A DNA stretch of 60,483 nt, counting the filler, from Sphacelaria rigidula (taxonomy: Eukaryota): assembly GCA_964200075.2 (NCBI GenBank). It is 10 parts of 10 records of this genome, joined end to end, with 100 filler letters (N's around TTAATTAATTAA, not from the genome) between each part and the next. Parts side by side here need not be neighbours in the genome. Positions count along the whole stretch, not along the records: positions 36,352 to 42,309 come from CAXNAA020023214.1; positions 42,410 to 48,367 come from CAXNAA020023215.1; positions 48,468 to 54,425 come from CAXNAA020023216.1; 7 more parts are not named here. The stretch is one strand, 5' to 3'. The notes beneath the pieces were generated by a model. That model saw only the letters and a program-made list of their open reading frames with translations. It was not told the origin of the DNA and searched no databases. How positions within the stretch are numbered: the stretch's first letter is position 1; each line of letters opens with the position of its first letter. Below are positions 37,882-49,520 of this stretch, in pieces. A program made the translations under genes and the position numbers.

Positions 37882-38155
37882 CACTTTCTACGATAGACCC
37901 CCCCCATAAGGTGCCTGGTTTGGGGAGGCAGCATCTTCACGTAAATCGAAATGGAAAAAGCCGAGCACAACGAGTAGCTNNNNNNNNNNCGAGTAGCTGG
38001 GAATTCCCACGCTTGGGTTCGTTCTCGCCAATGTCGCCCATATGAGGTGCTTCATGCACCCTAAACCCAAATATCAGGCGCTATACGACCATTTTTTTCG
38101 TGATACTTTTGAGCTGGGTTTTGTTTGTGGGCGGGGGGGGCTGTCGTAGAAAGTG
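37882..38155 (+). mobile_element. Family A core flanked by CACTTTCTACGA(T/C)AG inverted arms, intronic
   Basis: CACTTTCTACGATAGACCCCCCC...core...GGGGGGGCTGTCGTAGAAAGTG. Confidence 0.75.
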
Positions 38156-38616
38156 TCTCAAGAAGAGACGGCAGTAGGGAGGCATTGAGCCATCTCTCTC
38201 CGTTTCGGGTGACCATTGCTAGATCCCGGCGGGATCAGGGCATGTGCGACAACCGATCAATTCAATCATATCGATGTCAACCTATTTTCGTCGGGTGCTA
38301 TATTCTAACACTCTCGTAGCCCGTTGACTTCCGACATGTTCTTGTTTATTTCGCCGACCCTCGGTCTCGTTTGGAGTTTTGTACAGCCTACTGTAGACCA
38401 GAAAGGCGACCGTACTGTAAGGACTCTCGCGTGAAAAATCCGCCCGGACTAATGTTGGTGTACCAGTGTCACCGCCTCGGCGAAACGCAGCGGCAGCTTA
38501 AAGCCCGATGAAACAGTGGCTAAACCAAAAGGATGCAACACAGAGGTTTCCTGTGGCTGTAATATGTGATCGCAAAGAGTACTGGCGTTCATGTCTGCAT
38601 CGCCTCATCGGAATAC

Positions 38617-38840
38617 CTGGCCGTAGTAGTGCAACACCGCGTCCTTGAATATGTCGCCCGATCGAACATGCAACACCAGGTTTCCATCGCCACTTTTGTC
38701 GTTCCCGCCAGGAGTAGAAGCAGAGCAAACATCCACATCCTTGGGAAAGAGGTAGGTAGCTTCGCAACCCGGCATGCGAGGCACATTCTTTACGCACTTC
38801 AGCAGCGCCGGGTTATAGATTTCCCTTTCGGGATCTTCCA
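38617..38840 (-). CDS. GT11/fucosyltransferase-like gene, exon C (224 bp, phase 1/0) with HxRxGD motif
   Basis: CATCAG|TG...GGCCAG|GTATTC; ...GDGNLVLHVRSGDIFKDAVLHYYGQ. Confidence 0.88.
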
Positions 38841-39439
38841 CTGATGTCGGAGAATACAGTACAAGCAACGTAATGAACGAAGAGGCAAACAAAGAAACTA
38901 CCGTGTGTCGGTGGTGGCACATAGGGTTTCGTTATGGAGCGAAGGGACTGTGGGCAAGGACGGCTGCGCAGTTTTTCACGATAGGGGCAGGGAGGGTGGC
39001 GGAGGCGGCGGGTATACACGTTTCTTATGTGCTTAGAAATCCACACGTCGTAAGCTCAGAGGTACGCAGCCGAAGCGCGGCATTTTTCACACGTGGCAAG
39101 TACCATTGCTTGTGCGTCCAATCGTCGAAGGTTCGTGGTTGACGGGCAGCAACGAAAGTTTTCTTCAGAGAGCGAGGTATGCGTAAGACGCATCTCATAC
39201 ATACTATCGTGCGTGGAAGCTTCGATGGTCTTTTTTCCGAACCTCCCATTCTTATACTCAGTAGTGCATTAAGAGAGGATGGCGTACATAGTTCTACGTA
39301 GGAAAAACCGCGTGCAGGGAGGAGAGAGGGGGGGCGGAGAGAGGGAGGAACGAAGAGGGTGTCCCCGAGGTGGTGCATTCATAGGAGGTAGGACCAAGTG
39401 TAACTGCGTATCGAGGTTACTACACCATTCGACACTTAC

Positions 39440-39611
39440 GGTGGCTCATTCGGAATGCCCGCTCTCCTGCCCACAGGATATCCTTGGTGCACGAGCTGGA
39501 GTTGAAGCCCGGCACGTGCGGCGCGTGAGAAAAGTCAAACCACCGCGACCCGTGCTCGCCAGAGCTGAAGATGCCGGGGGCCAACACATCATCCTTGGGC
39601 GGCAAGGTGAC
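39440..39611 (-). CDS. GT11/fucosyltransferase-like gene, exon B (172 bp, phase 0/1)
   Basis: CCGTAG|GTC...CACC|GTAAGT; VTLPPKDDVLAPGIFSSGEHGSRWFDFS...AFRMSH; phases match both neighbours. Confidence 0.8.
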
Positions 39612-39973
39612 CTACGGCAGTACGCCGAAAACGAACACGGATGGATAAAATCCAGTACATGTTTCCAGGCGGGCGAACGGCGGGGGGCACGGGGTGTGGG
39701 GGAACCCGCAGCATTTGTTTCGCTATAATGCTGAAAGTGGGAGAAACAACTCTAAGGCGTTTCGGAGGGTGCTTAGTTGCTTGTGTCTCGAAACGGCTGA
39801 ACATATATAGTGGGAAAATTTTGGAAGCATTTGTCAGCGTAAGGGGTTCTCATAAATGTGTACCTACGTAGACAACACGTTATTCACGTTAGCCGTCAGA
39901 CGATCGACTTTTCGGGAGTGATTGTCCGTTATTCAATGTATATCTTGTATTTTTGCGTTTGCACCGTAGGGAG

Positions 39974-40005
<32 letters not shown>

Positions 40006-40750
40006 CGCACTTTAACTGACCCCCCAGTGAGTGTGGGTACGTTAAAACGTTTCAGTCTTTGAGGGTACCACAAATAGAGAAAAGATATGGATATGGGGAA
40101 GGGGGTGTTGGATTTCACGAACAAAAAGGGCCCATAGGTGCGTCAAACGATCTAACACCATCGCGGTGCGCGTGTATTCGGGTATGAGTGGTATTAAGCA
40201 GCGTGAAATAGCGTTATTTATCGAGAGCAAGGGCGTTCGAACAAGTATTGCTGCTTTCAACGGCGATTCAAGTATGAATTTCGTGGAAGAAAACGACCCA
40301 AAATACCCCCCCCTGTCGTAGCATGACTCTACTACTCAATGCACACAAGACAATCAGCATGCTGGCGACCTGTTCGGCACCGTAGGGTGTGTCACGGGCA
40401 TATGTAATCGTTTTTGCTCCGCTGCGGACGGTACGAATAAAATTCGGTTTCGTAGCGTGCACGGTCCGATATAATAGACGACTCCTTGGATGCTCTTAGC
40501 TGTAATGCAACATTGTTTTGCTTCCGTACGCACGCGACGGAACATCATTGCTCTACACCCCCGTCTCTTTTCGTTTGTACAGGATTCTGCGATCATGAAC
40601 CCGCCAAAAGGTACCTGATTCTTACTGCTGCCATGCCTATTCTGTACAGGCTACACGCTCATCCCCTTGAAGCAATCCAACTCCATCATGCGGCATGCCG
40701 CTCCCACCGGGCTCATTACGTTAGCAGCACGTCAAACGGTACATACGCAC

Positions 40751-40821
40751 CAGCTTGGACTTGCAGCAGTATCCTAGGGCAAGATTCCTGTACGCGATGC
40801 CCCAACGGTTCCCCGTGCGAC
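40751..40821 (-). CDS. GT11/fucosyltransferase-like gene, exon A (71 bp, phase 1/0) with (G)RTGN motif; missed by the ORF track
   Basis: GACCAG|GT CGC ACG GGG AAC...AAG CTG|GTGCGT gives (G)RTGNRWGIAYRNLALGYCCKSKL. Confidence 0.8.
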
Positions 40822-40907
40822 CTGGTCATTTTTTGCGAAAACGAGGACACAGTGACGACATCTCCGGGTTCAATCGTGGGAAGCGAAAAGCGCGCGCGCA
40901 TTGCCAC

Positions 40908-41045
40908 CACACCCTGGACAATCGATTTTACTGTCAAAAAATGCACTGCGTACAGTATGGAATATATTGTCTGTTGCAACAGGCACAATAGTCTGTACTG
41001 TACGCAGTACACTATTTGACTGTGTATTCTGTTGTACAGGGTGTG
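40908..41045. mobile_element. 138-bp foldback MITE with CACACCCTG(G/T)ACAA TIRs
   Basis: CACACCCTGGACAA ... TTGTACAGGGTGTG; interior also palindromic (ACTGCGTACAGTA / TACTGTACGCAGT). Confidence 0.8.
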
Positions 41046-41538
41046 GATACCACCCACGTGAGGTCACCACACATTCGCCCGTAAGCTGTGAAGCACCGAG
41101 TGCACGTACCAAGAAAATGTACAGATACCAACTGTTTTGCAACAGAACAAGAACAGAGCATGATGTTCTTCTCCCTCCCCCGTCTACTCAAGAAAAAACG
41201 GACAAAACAACATCAACCACCCCCGGTTGTACAAAACGATACTACTCTGTGCGGAAATACAGCTTAGATTTGAAGTGACGGGAATATAGGTGGGATATGT
41301 TCAAAACAGCTGTTCGTGATCCTACAGGCTGTTTCTGGGGTCCCCACATGGTTTCGATAGCATTACCTCACGCACCGGAGGGGGGGGGGGGGGGGGGGAT
41401 TTTGGGGAGAAAATTTTTCTTAACACAAAAGGGTGGGGAAAAGGTTTTCCTGCCCTTACTCTTTTTTTTTTTTTTNNNNNNNNNNTTTGGTGCTGCAGCG
41501 CGTCCTCCGGGGAGATGTAGGCGGGAGCGGAGACGCGG

Positions 41539-41575
<37 letters not shown>

Positions 41576-42049
41576 GATTTTGAGCAGAAAATTTCTCTGT
41601 ACCATGAACTGTAGGCTAAAGGTTTCTCCTGCCTCTACTCTTCTTTTTTTTCTTCCTCCGCGAAACCATACGATACTACTGTTTTGCTTTTTTTCGCCCG
41701 TTGTACACCGACGTATCAAACAGTAGTCAGCGTGGTGGACCGCTCGAGACAGTAAGGTGAAGCGCTGCGGGTTCGGTCGTCGACGCTTTTCTGTTCCCGT
41801 TGTCGAACCCGTCGCACAGTATATCTGGTTTTGCCGTCGCGCCGATACTAGCTATAACGAGGGATGCCGAAAATTTGGCGAGCCTCGCTTCAACGGACCG
41901 TGCAGTGCGATACTGTGCTGGGTACGGTGCGGTGTTTTTTCTCCCGCTCCCCGGAGGCAAAACTACAAAAAACAAAAAAAGCAAGTTCCGTTGAAGAAAC
42001 ATAGCCAAGTGGAGCACGGTATCAAATAATTATCTCCGGCCGCACTCAC

Positions 42050-42172
42050 TCATTCGTAGGTGTTCGACGGTGATTTTGTTCCCCGCTATGGAGTCGTCGT
42101 CGGCGATGGCCAACGCTGTTTGCTCATCGGGTACAGCGAACGCACAACCGTAGTCTCCCCGGGATCGGAATA
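42050..42172 (-). CDS. Candidate exon (123 bp, phase 1/1), product unknown; possibly an upstream part of the GT11-like gene
   Basis: GTGCAG|TA...ATGA|GTGAGT; open frame FRSRGDYGCAFAVPDEQTALAIADDDSIAGNKITVEHLRM. Confidence 0.35.
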
Positions 42173-42409
42173 CTGCACGGCGATCACAGGATAGTAGCAA
42201 ACGATCACAAAGAAAATTGATGGGGGGGGGGGGGGGGGACTCATTTGTTGCTTGCCTTAGTCGTTTGACCATTGACCACGCATTCCTTTCGATACGGGGG
42301 GGGGGGGGGNNNNNNNNNNNNNNNNNNNNNNNNNNNNNNNNNNNNNNNNNNNNTTAATTAATTAANNNNNNNNNNNNNNNNNNNNNNNNNNNNNNNNNNN
42401 NNNNNNNNN

Positions 42410-42538
42410 ATCACGTTCAATAGGATACATCTCTTAATCCTAGTGTCTAGGTGCAGGTCTCTGAGAATCACATCCAACCTGCCTATCTGTGCCTTACCCT
42501 TTTCTATTACGTTTTTTATGTGTGCATCCCAAGAAAAG
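42410..42538 (-). pseudogene. 5'-truncated LINE ORF2 fragment (post-RT thumb region)
   Basis: FSWDAHIKNVIEKGKAQIGRLDVILRDLHLDTRIKRCILLNV fits the LSW..HI......K.....G.L pattern of non-LTR RTs. Confidence 0.75.
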
Positions 42539-42637
42539 TTTTTTTTTTTGGGGGGGGGGAATGACAAAAAAGGAAAAATGCAACGAGGAATACCAAAAAC
42601 ATAATAATAATGAAAAACAAGAGAAACGCCAGGTTAA

Positions 42638-42756
42638 CCCTTTCGGAACCCACTGACGATTTCTGTTGTTGTGAATCGGCATCTTTTTTCAGTCATTTTC
42701 AAGTCAAAATGATGCCGATACACGAAAACAAAAATCGTCAATGGGTTCCAAAAGGG
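42638..42756. mobile_element. piggyBac-like foldback MITE (119 bp) with TTAA target duplication
   Basis: TTAA|CCCTTTCGGAACCCACTGACGATTT ... AAATCGTCAATGGGTTCCAAAAGGG|TTAA; central TTTCAGTCATTTTCAAGTCAAAATGATGCCGAT identical to the 9608 copy. Confidence 0.9.
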
Positions 42757-43567
42757 TTAAGACTTATGAATCGGCACCGTCTATAGAAAACACCGAAAGG
42801 CCCCTGCCATATGGCTATATATAAGAACGCCGGCTACACAACCAAACAACATCGTTCAAGAACGATGTGACTCAGCATTCGGAGAACTCCATACAACAGG
42901 GGAGGAGATACACAGCGTACCCTGGTGCAGCACTCTAGCACTATGCTTACCGCCGCGGTCCCAAAGCCAAAAACGTACGAGTGCAATAGTGGGGGAGGCA
43001 GGAGGGGGTGGGAGGGGGGTATACTCATCTGTTGCTTGCCTTATTTATTTGACCATTGACCAGCTGTCTGAAGCGGGAGGGGAGGAGAGACGGGGAGGGG
43101 GGGAAAGGGAGTGTACTCATGATTTTGCATGCTGTAGCCAGAGGACCATTAGCCTTGCATCCCTACAAAATCAGGAGGGAGCACGTCGGGTTTTCGCCGT
43201 ACCAAGCTCGCAATCAATCACCAAGAGCGAAGCGCCGTCATGTGTTCGGCGAGTCACATGATGGGTGAGCTACATCCTACTAATATTTTTCGGCCCGAAG
43301 CGTACTGGTCAACTTGCACATGGATGACAGCCTCCAATGAGTTGCTTTATTTTCTGGTATCGCCCGTTCCAGAGACAGCCACGGGTTACACACTGCCTCA
43401 AGGATGTCTCACCATCAGGGGGGTGTACTCATGACCATGCATGCCATAGTCATGAGAAGCAGGGAAGGGAGGGAGGAGTCATGCACAGTGGGATGATCTC
43501 ATGAAACGTCACCTACGGTGACCACCTCCAAATTATTCCATGGTCGAATGTGAAAAAAACTACTCAC

Positions 43568-43675
43568 ATCTTCGTGGGACATCTTCAGCAGCGCCTCCCC
43601 TTTAGACAACAACACGGCCGCCGGGAGACGGTGAGGCTGCTTGCTCGTGGCCGGCAGCTTTGGCGCGGTTGCAAG
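43568..43675 (-). CDS. Candidate exon (108 bp, phase 0/0), product unknown
   Basis: Pyrimidine tract, CCGCAG|CTT...GAAGAT|GTGAGT; only one frame is open (LATAPKLPATSKQPHRLPAAVLLSKGEALLKMSHED). Confidence 0.4.
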
Positions 43676-43991
43676 CTGCGGGAGATCAACAAGAGAAAGA
43701 AAGAAAGAAAGAAAGAAAGAAAAAAAAGAGTAGGACAAAGGGGAGAAACCGGAAAATATTTCGTTCATTGAAGGAAAGAGTACGCCGCCGTCGTCAAAAC
43801 ACACACACACGGAAAACAAGGGCGGTAGAGAGGAAGATACAGCGGAAGCAGAGGTTTATTCGTGAGGCTTTCACGGCAAGGGATACCTCAAGTGTCGCTA
43901 AAGCACTGATTTGGTTTGAGTGTCCGGAGTTGCCTGCTGTATTGTGTATTTGTACAAGACAGCAGACATAGCAGACGTAGCAGCAACAACC

Positions 43992-44025
<34 letters not shown>

Positions 44026-44323
44026 CCAACACCTGAACAGGCAACTTGAAAAAATATGGTTCCACACTCATACCTTGATTGACTTTATAAATTTGATGAA
44101 TGATTTGCCAGGATTGATCAGTTTGCTTGATTGACTCTTCTCACATCTACCTCATCCGCTACGAACGCACCCGCCGTCACAAGATACATCCACACACACC
44201 CACCCTTACACACACCACCCGAAGACTGCTTGATAGGTTGACTGGTTGACTGGTTGATTCTTGCATATTAGCTAATTCCCGCGGGATGCAGTCATGGGTC
44301 GCAAAATGATAGACGTACCCAGG

Positions 44324-44462
44324 CACACCCTGGACAATATATGGTCAATAGATTCAATAGACCAAGAATGTATCGGATTAAGTTGCAATAGGCCTATACT
44401 TAATCCAGTACATTTTAGTATTTTGCATCTCTTGACCATATATTGTCATTATCCGGAGTGTG
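44324..44462. mobile_element. 139-bp MITE of the CACAC-TIR family
   Basis: CACACCCTGGACAATATATGGTCAA ... TTGACCATATATTGTCATTATCCGGAGTGTG. Confidence 0.75.
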
Positions 44463-44770
44463 GTGCCCAAGATAAACGAAATAGACACAATTGCTGAAAG
44501 GGAACTCGATGAAGGGCAAAGACAGACGAAGAGAAAACAAGACAAGAAAAGAATAAAGGAACAAACGGAGTACACTGAACAAAAACGAGTCAAACAAAAA
44601 TGGAAGGAAAGGAGGAAAATATCAAATACGTAGTGTACTGTACGGCACTACTTCCTTTACATGACAACACTACCCTCCGGCGGGAGGCGATAATCCAACA
44701 TACTGGTTGACTCCTTTCCAAAACTTCACAGATGCGCTGTAGTGTGGAGAGACCACACACCCCCATTTGC

Positions 44771-45297
44771 TCACGACAAGTGGTGAGTAGCCTCTTCAGG
44801 GAAACCGGGTCGGCTACCAAGCCACCCCGTGCGCTTCAGGGGGAAATCCTCCGAGTAAGCTTCCCAGGGGACGAGAAAGTCGTCATACCCGGGAGTGGTT
44901 CCTACCGTCAATTCGAGGTTGGTATCCATTGTTCCGGCCTATAGCGTGTAAACGGCAATAATTTTGGATGAGATGTGGATTGCGGGACCCACAAACGTCA
45001 GCAACGCCCTCTCGATCCACACTCACAATTTCAAGAACCATAAGAGCATCTCCGTACATGTCGTCCGTCACCGCTACTCCTCGATCTCGCGCCTCCGTCA
45101 CCAAGCTCATGACCTCGTGCCATTCCGCCGTGGGCTCTGCAAATTCCAACAGACCGTAGCCGTCGTCTTGGGAGCGGGGAGCGGGGTGGGTCGGCCATTC
45201 TGATGGGCTTGGCCGCGCTGAAGGCTGCGTTCCGGCTGCCAGCTGCGTACCGGTCCCTTCGGGACCGTTGGCGGATCTTTCGACATTGTAGCGTACC
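44771..45297 (-). CDS. Two candidate 3' exons (45297-45027 and 44938-44771, 88-bp intron) of an unknown gene with a PPR-like helix pair
   Basis: AAACAG|G...GAAATT|GTGAGT and CTATAG|GCC...TCG TGA; spliced read ..AEWHEVMSLVTEARDRGVAVTDDMYGDALMVLEI|AGTMD.. stays in frame. Confidence 0.45.
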
Positions 45298-47321
45298 CTG
45301 TTTTGTTATATTTATATAGTGGCAGGGTGTTGCGTTACGGTTGTGTTGCGTTGCAGTAATATTCCTTTTCAAATAATATGGACGCGTTATTTTGGGAGAT
45401 TAGGCGTCCATACACAGCGCACCTGTCGTCTGATGATGCTGCACTGAAAATCTACGTGTATGTTGTGGGCTTGTAGGTATGTATGTAAGTGTTAAAGCGA
45501 CAGCATCGGCGATCCGAGGCGTTTTGTGTGCGCTGCGTGGGTTGAAGAGTTGGTCATGCACCATGCTGGACATTACTTTCGGAACATTATTTGCTTCATT
45601 TTCATCTTAGTGACAATTGTACAGGGTCAGTACAAAACCGGGGCGGACGCAGCAGCAGATCCGGCCAGCACAGCCGTTAAACTCGGTCTGCTTATGGGTC
45701 GACCCTCGCAGTAACACAGATAACAAACACCCGTCGGGCTTCACCATATCTTTGAGGTTGCTGTCGTTAGGGTTTATGTGCCGTCTCGCGCAAGGCGTGG
45801 CTGTACAGACCCGTCGATGACACCGCTGTCTTCTACCAAGGGCCGCTGTGAAGCTGCTCGGGAAAGGGGCAACGTCCTCTTACCGACAATCCCAGGAATC
45901 CTGCGGATGACATCACGACAGACTGAGCATCACGGGGGCGGTTGCTCTTCTCTCCTCTGTGTTTCAGTGGACGCGGCTCCGACACGAATGTCTTGAGCTT
46001 TCCCTAACATGAACTTCATCGACCTTGTGCGGACTTAAGAGCCGTTCCACGTGCTCTCAAGGTGCGACAGAAATCAGTTTGCAATTTTGACGGATGGATC
46101 GTCTTTCGCGACGTACGGTCAGCACGGTACTGCTGGATTCAAGCACACGGCGCCAACTTTGTCCTGCATTTTTCTGAAAACATGCAATTCGGGTAGAAAG
46201 CACTTCCTCCCTGCGCGGTGACGTGAATCCTTTAAATGGCGTGTCGATCAATATCGGGCATACCCGATATTGCGGTATTTTGAGCAGTCTCACATCATTT
46301 GCCGAAGTCAGTCACAATGACTTGTGTGGGCTTTGGAGAGGAGAACAACAGCACTGGGCTGGCTACTGCTGTGGACAGGGGTCGGGTCAAACTACCAAAA
46401 TGTCGGGTATACCTCACTCGCTCTGTCCTTGAATCCTTCGCCATCCGGGCGCATCAGCCCTGGACATCATCTGTATCGCCAGTTTTCCGTGCTGATGTGG
46501 AAATATCTCTTTCAAGGACTTGTACGCTTCTAACCTCAGCACATTTCACGCCGCGGAGCATGACAATTCCAAATGTAACCCCCGCGTCGGAAATTACCAT
46601 CTCAGTAGATCGCCTCCATATTAATGAAAAATAATAACACCGGTTGTGAAGTGTTGTGTTGGTCGGTTTAGTCCCTATCTAATGACATCAATTGATCCGC
46701 TACATGATTCTAGCCGCAGTGAGTAATCAAAAGATATGGCTCTTGCGGATGGAGAGTAGAACCTAAGGTGATGTAGTAAGTGATTTTCTAACTTTTGGCA
46801 TTATGTTGGCATCTCCAGTAGTGTATTGAGGCACGTAATATATGCCCCTCCCCCCCCCCCAATAAACTCCCACATCTCTCCCGGGGGTTTTCGGGTCTCA
46901 GAAAAGTGATTTACCCCAGGTAGTATACGCCATATCTCATGCTTAATAAGTAAAAAACAAAAAAAGTATGACAAAGATTGGGGGGAGGTGATCTTCATTT
47001 GTTGCTTGCCTTCGTTTGACCATTGACCACGCATCCCTTTCGAGACCGAGCATCGTTCCGCCTACTCCTAATGGAGACACCTCCAACATTCCGGCGCTCA
47101 TTAGGTTTCTTCCATACATTAAACAAAAACAGTCCACATATCTTATCCCCGTCCTGTTTCGCCGTCTCTAGCCACCATCTATCTCCTAGTATAGCCATCG
47201 TTTTTTCCCTACCGTCTAATGCATCAAACGATTTCATGCCACATCCAACATGGGGGAGTGTGAGGTGATGTACAAACTGGCAGAATGAAAAATACAGACA
47301 CTGATGAGATTACCACAACTG

Positions 47322-47663
47322 TCCATGTCCGTGTCCGTGTGTGTGTTGTCATCCCATCTATTCTGGACGCCAGTCTACACCTTTCAGTATATGTGGGCGC
47401 ACCAGCCGGGGTCACACAAGAGGAAGCCCAACACAGGAGTGTAGACTTTTCATTTTGTTTTAGTACCCCACCTTCCTCCAGCGGTCCCTTTCTCCCGTCG
47501 ACCATGAAGTCGAACTTTGTGTACCCACGACATATTCACTTTTTACTGTTAGGTATTGTGTGAGAAAAAAAAACAGATGGTGTCACTGTGCCAAGATTCT
47601 AACCCACCACCCAACCGTTAGTAAGTGTTCGAGGTTACCAACTGAGCCACCGGGGCCACCGGC
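47322..47663 (-). mobile_element. tRNA-derived SINE, copy 3
   Basis: Minus strand GCCGGTGGCCCCGGTGGCTCAGTTGGTAACCTCG...GGGTTAGAATCTTG; same body; (AC)-rich tail. Confidence 0.85.
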
Positions 47664-49014
47664 TGCCGTAGAGGATGAAACGTCGTTCTTCACACAGCAC
47701 ATCCAACACCGGGAGAGAAATGGGATGATTGATTCCCTGAGGCTACCAAGTCGTCCCCAGGAGAGGAAAGTGTTGATAAATTGACTGATTGAATGAATGA
47801 ATGAATGCTTGATTAATCGATTAATTAACTTCATTGGTTGTCGGACACCTTCACTGATCGCCGAGGGACCCCGCCGTGGTTATTATTCACAACATAGAAG
47901 GTTATTTACGCCTTGATTTTTACTGCACCATGGTTACGACATGAAAGATGTACGGGGCGCGGGATGGGAATGCAACGAAACTGAAATCCATAGACGTGCC
48001 GTACCCAAGAACATGAACGAAAACGGGAGCGGTCGCTGAAGCAAACAGGAAGATGGAACAGAGTACTGCACTGAGGAAAACAGACAGACACAGACAGACG
48101 GATATACAGAATAAAACAATAAAAAATACACACACAGCAAAATCAGGCTGGAGAGAAAAACAAAACGTGGAAATGGCCGGTCTCTGCAACATAGCTTCAG
48201 GTGTTGTTGATCATTATCTGTGTGTATGAGTCATCCTACGATAGGGGGGGGGGGGTGGTATTTGGTTGCACGAAAACAGGGGCTCATAAGTGTGTCAGAC
48301 ATCCTTCCACACTTGCTTTGCGCTTGTATTTGGTTCCAAACGGTGTCAGGCAGTATGGATGAGCGTTNNNNNNNNNNNNNNNNNNNNNNNNNNNNNNNNN
48401 NNNNNNNNNNNTTAATTAATTAANNNNNNNNNNNNNNNNNNNNNNNNNNNNNNNNNNNNNNNNNNNNGCCTTCTTCTGCGGGCTATTTGGGATATGGGTA
48501 TAGGTGGTATGCTCCTTGCACTCTGTGACCACGGGTTCGAGGGATCGAGCTAATGTGACGGCTATAATAATAATAAAAATAATAACCTGGGTTTAGTGCC
48601 TCGTGAAAATGTTCACATGGTGGCATGTACACTCCTTCACGGTTTTTCCCCCTCTGCCCTGTGTTGGCGTAATTACGACGTTTGAGTATAGGGTGGCGAG
48701 CCAAGAAAACTCCCGGGAAATCCCGCGAACGCTATACTGAATGCAAGTTATACGAGAAGCCATTCCCGAGCATCCGGGAATTGGAAACCTGGGAAGGCTT
48801 GTCTGGGCCAGGGATAGGGCCTCCACACGATCTTTGCAGTGACATCACACTCGGTAATAGTCGCCGCGCTGGTCGTCCGGGTCTGGTCGATAAATTTCGC
48901 CTCTACGTGATTGGGCAGGTCGCTCCCTGACTTATTCTTTATTATTTCACCAACGCGTGGTCAACCCGGTGTTAGTGGGGGTTCGGTCCGAAAAGGGTTA
49001 ACAGACTATAATAA

Positions 49015-49520
49015 ACCACCTGTCTCGTCAGTGTTCCATATGTGGTCGGTTGCTGGCTTCTCCTTGTTCATGTAGTCCTGCCAGGCCGCAAAAAACTCCC
49101 GCACATGATCTTCTTCATCAGCCACCACCCTATCAGCCTCGTAGATTCGGTTGCTGCGCTTCGCTAGCCCCGGGTGCCTCTGAAGGAACAAGTCGAGCCA
49201 TTTTCGGCCTGGCCCTACTGCCGGGTCTCATGGCACCGGTCGGTTGTCCCTGCAGAGTGCCATAACCGCCTGTTTCAGGTCATTTCTTCTCAGGCTAAGT
49301 TGACGAGCTGCGGCGAATTTCAGGGCATCCTCGATGGAATTTTCTTCAGCCGTTGACACTAACCCTGCCAGCTATGCCGACGCTACCACTAACATGCTTA
49401 TGCAGCGAGGCAACGGACATGTCAAAGGTCTTTGCAGCAGCACGGAAGGTCATGCGACCGCTGCGTACCGGTTCTACAGCCTCCGCTGCACGTTCTGGGT
49501 CCACCCTTGCTCTCTGCATG
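49015..49520 (-). pseudogene. pogo/Tc5-type DDE transposase N-terminal relic (psq-type HTH, CENP-B-type HTH, start of catalytic domain)
   Basis: ERAAEAVEPVRSGRMTFRAAAKTFDMSVASLHKHVSG; FLQRHPGLAKR; HIWNTDETG (first catalytic Asp motif of pogo transposases); frameshifted. Confidence 0.8.
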
